The notes under the pieces: model-generated | The model's database searches: none | Told to the model about the DNA's origin: nothing | Seen by the model: only the letters and a program-made list of their open reading frames with translations | Made by a program: the position numbers and the translations under genes | Shown here: in pieces, positions 38,139-40,535 of the stretch | Position numbering within the stretch: the stretch's first letter is position 1 | Layout: each line of letters starts with the position of its first letter | Assembly: GCA_944372545.1 (NCBI GenBank) | Contig: CALVZO010000031.1 | Location: 1 to 40,535 of the forward strand | DNA: 40,535 nt | Direction of reading: 5' to 3' | Source of the DNA: an uncultured Bacilli bacterium | Lineage (GTDB): Bacteria; Bacillota_I; Bacilli_A; RF39; UBA660

Positions 38139-38894
38139 ATGAATTATCAAACAGCAATATCTTTTGGTCTTGTTCATATTCCAGTACTTATGAATAATGC
38201 TATTAAAAATAACGATGTATCTTTTAATTTACTTCATAAGAAATGTAAAGAAAGATTAGAGTATATAAGATATTGTCCTCATTGTAAAACTAAAGTTAAA
38301 AATGATGAAATAGAAAAAGGTTATGAATATAAAAAAGATGATTATGTAACTTTTACTGATAATGATTTTGCTAAATTAAAAAGTGAAAATGATAAAATAA
38401 TTGAAATAATATCTTTTGTTGATATTAATGAAATAGATCCGATATATTATGAAAAAAGTTATACTTTAACTCCTAATAATAGTAGTAAAGCCTTTAATTT
38501 ATTTAAATGGGCTTTAAGAAAAAGTAAGAAAGTTGCTATTGCTAAGACTATTTTAAGAAATAAATTATATTATGTAGTTATAAGATTTGGTTATGAAAAT
38601 ATAATTATGGATACACTATATTATGAAGAAGAAATAAAATTGCAAAGAGAGAAAATGGTTAAAGATTTTTCTGATAATGAACTTAATATGGCTTTAAAAT
38701 TAATTAAAGCAATGAGTGCTAAATTTACTCCCGAAGAATATATAGATGAGTATCAAAATAATTTAAAAATGGCTATCGATAAAAAAATTAAAAGGAAAGA
38801 TATTAAAAAGATTAAAAGTAAAAAGAAAAGAAATATTAATGATTTAATGACTGCTTTAGAAGAGTCTTTAAAGGAACAAAATGAACGAAAATAA
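38139..38894 (+). CDS. ku: NHEJ DNA end-binding protein Ku
   Basis: ISFGLVHIPV, LHKKC...CPHC, KGYEY, IDPIYYEKSY, NINDLMTALEESL; start moved to ATG 38139. Confidence 0.93.
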   Translation: MNYQTAISFGLVHIPVLMNNAIKNNDVSFNLLHKKCKERLEYIRYCPHCKTKVKNDEIEKGYEYKKDDYVTFTDNDFAKLKSENDKIIEIISFVDINEIDPIYYEKSYTLTPNNSSKAFNLFKWALRKSKKVAIAKTILRNKLYYVVIRFGYENIIMDTLYYEEEIKLQREKMVKDFSDNELNMALKLIKAMSAKFTPEEYIDEYQNNLKMAIDKKIKRKDIKKIKSKKKRNINDLMTALEESLKEQNERK

Positions 38895-39753
38895 ATTTTC
38901 AAAATTAAAACCGATGTTATTAAAAGAAATAAAAGAACCCTTTAATAATAGTAATTATTTATATGAATTAAAATTTGATGGAACAAGAACTTTAATATAT
39001 ATAGAAAATAATAATATTTTAATTAAAAGTAGAAGAAATGTTATTTTAAATGATGTGTATCCAGAATTATTAGAAATAAAAAATATTACTAAAGATAAAT
39101 GTATATTTGATGGTGAAATTATCTTAACTATTAATGGAGTACCTAATTTTTCTAAATTACAAGAAAGGGCTAAATTAAAAAATAAATATAAAATAAAATA
39201 TATGGAAGATAATTACCCAGTTACTTTTGTTTGTTATGATATTTTATATAAAAATAAAGATTTAACTAATTTAACTTTAATAGAAAGAAAAAATATACTA
39301 AATAAATTTAAAGATACTAATGTATTTATAAAATCTATTGTTTATAATGATGGTATTAATTTATTTAAGTTAGTAAAATTAAATAATTTAGAAGGAATAG
39401 TAGCCAAAGAAAAAACAAGTATTTATAAATATGGTATTAGAACTAGTAGTTGGCTTAAAATAAAAAATTTAAAAATAGAAGAATTTTTAATATGTGGTTA
39501 TATAAAAAATTTAAATAATACTATAAGTATAATTTTAGGCGAGTTTAAAAATAATAAATATTATTATGTTGGTAAAGTAGTATTATCTAATAAACATGAA
39601 TTATATGAAAAAATAATTAAAGAAAAAAATATATCTAATTATTTAGAAAATTATAATAATAATCAAGTTAATTTTATAAAAGTAAAATATAAAATAAATG
39701 TAAAATATATGGAAAGAACTAAAAATAATCATTTAAGAAATCCCCATATATAG
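38881..39753 (+). CDS. ATP-dependent DNA ligase (LigD-type ligase domain only)
   Basis: ELKFDGTR, FDGEI, YDIL, EGIVAK, WLKIK, LRNP; 290 aa. Confidence 0.9.
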   Translation: MNENKFSKLKPMLLKEIKEPFNNSNYLYELKFDGTRTLIYIENNNILIKSRRNVILNDVYPELLEIKNITKDKCIFDGEIILTINGVPNFSKLQERAKLKNKYKIKYMEDNYPVTFVCYDILYKNKDLTNLTLIERKNILNKFKDTNVFIKSIVYNDGINLFKLVKLNNLEGIVAKEKTSIYKYGIRTSSWLKIKNLKIEEFLICGYIKNLNNTISIILGEFKNNKYYYVGKVVLSNKHELYEKIIKEKNISNYLENYNNNQVNFIKVKYKINVKYMERTKNNHLRNPHI

Positions 39754-39763
39754 AATATAAAAA

Positions 39764-40018
39764 TCAGTCATTATTATTTGACTGATTTTTATATTCTACT
39801 ATATCTATTAATACACAATTTAAATAATTACATAATCTTGCTAAAACAATAATATCTAATTTAACTAAATCACCAGTCATTAATCTTTTAATGATTTTAA
39901 AATCAGTATTAGTATCACGCATTAATTTATTAATACTAATATTATTATTCTTTAGAATACTCTCTAATTTAAATAAATAATACCTATTTTCGAGATTAAT
40001 CTTTTTAATACAAGACAT
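39764..40018 (-). CDS. XRE/Cro-C1-type HTH regulator
   Basis: 'ISINKLMRDT...LARLCNYLNC..IDIVEY'; ATG 40018 after GAAGGG. Confidence 0.8.
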   Translation of the reverse strand: MSCIKKINLENRYYLFKLESILKNNNISINKLMRDTNTDFKIIKRLMTGDLVKLDIIVLARLCNYLNCVLIDIVEYKNQSNNND

Positions 40019-40198
40019 ATGCAACCCTTCTTTAAATTCATCGAGATAAATTTTATGTAACTATCGGCTATATAACCAATAGGTTTTATAATAAATACTA
40101 GTTATAATTTATTTGATAATAGTTGTAAATACCGAATATATTAAGAATAAAAAATATTAGTATTTACCATAATTGAATTAGCAAAAGAGGGTAAGTCT

Positions 40199-40535
40199 AT
40201 GAATAAAAAAACTATAAAAAATTATTTAATTATAACCTTAGTATTAGTAGAAGTAATATCTCTTTTTCTTACAATAAAATCTTTTTCAAATAAAGATATA
40301 AATATGATTAAAGAAAGTATATATAAATTATTAAATGAATATTACTACGGTAAAAAAGATGGAGCAGATAGCGGTTATTGTTATGGTTACAAAGCAAGTG
40401 CAAAAAACCAATGTGATTATACAACAAAAGGAATATCAAGTAGTAGTACAGACTATTATGGAAAAATGGTAAGAAACGTATATTGGAATACAGGAGCAAG
40501 TGAATATGATGCAACTGCAAGCGCAGTATATACAA
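40199..40535 (+). CDS. Membrane-anchored/secreted protein, 3'-truncated by the window end
   Basis: Open frame to the window end: MNKKTIKNYLIITLVLVEVISLFLTIKSFSNK...LLNEYYY...YCYGY...QCDY...NVYWNTG; GAGGG SD. Confidence 0.75.
   Translation, partial: MNKKTIKNYLIITLVLVEVISLFLTIKSFSNKDINMIKESIYKLLNEYYYGKKDGADSGYCYGYKASAKNQCDYTTKGISSSSTDYYGKMVRNVYWNTGASEYDATASAVYT

Noticed and set aside
40308-40535. Minus-strand 75-aa ORF
   Set aside because: Shadow of the plus-strand surface-protein gene.

Overview
This is a very AT-rich chromosomal segment of a genome-reduced Bacilli/Firmicutes organism. It uses genetic code 11 (TGA ends rpe, Trp is TGG). Gene content and style suggest an RF39-like gut lineage, which is an inference. 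The backbone is housekeeping: parE-parC, rlmN-prpC-prkC-rsgA-rpe, pyrG, ezrA-iscS-like-thiI, ackA-nrnA-recX, ttcA, prsA, hit-capA, rpsP-khpA, rpmB, and an AAA ATPase-dnaE-polC run followed by a minimal Ku + ATP-dependent ligase pair. Scattered through it is an endospore programme: ylbD/ylbE, cotE, two unannotated YjcZ/SscA-type peptides, an unannotated 51-aa ORF at the sspA position, and ku-ligase. These carry sigmaE-, sigmaK- or sigmaG-like promoter motifs. Several intergenic regions hold sigmaA promoter + structured RNA + terminator units of no family I recognise: a switch-like leader before a DUF6512-type membrane gene, a 120-bp tandem pair of mini-transcripts before ttcA, and RNAs after cotE and after polC. 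Other points are a deletion that removed the 5' ends of a divergent XRE/amidoligase pair, a degenerate cysteine desulfurase, probable non-AUG starts and a 9-bp coding tandem repeat. I saw no rRNA, tRNA, CRISPR array or transposase. All family calls come from motif recognition by eye; no searches were run.
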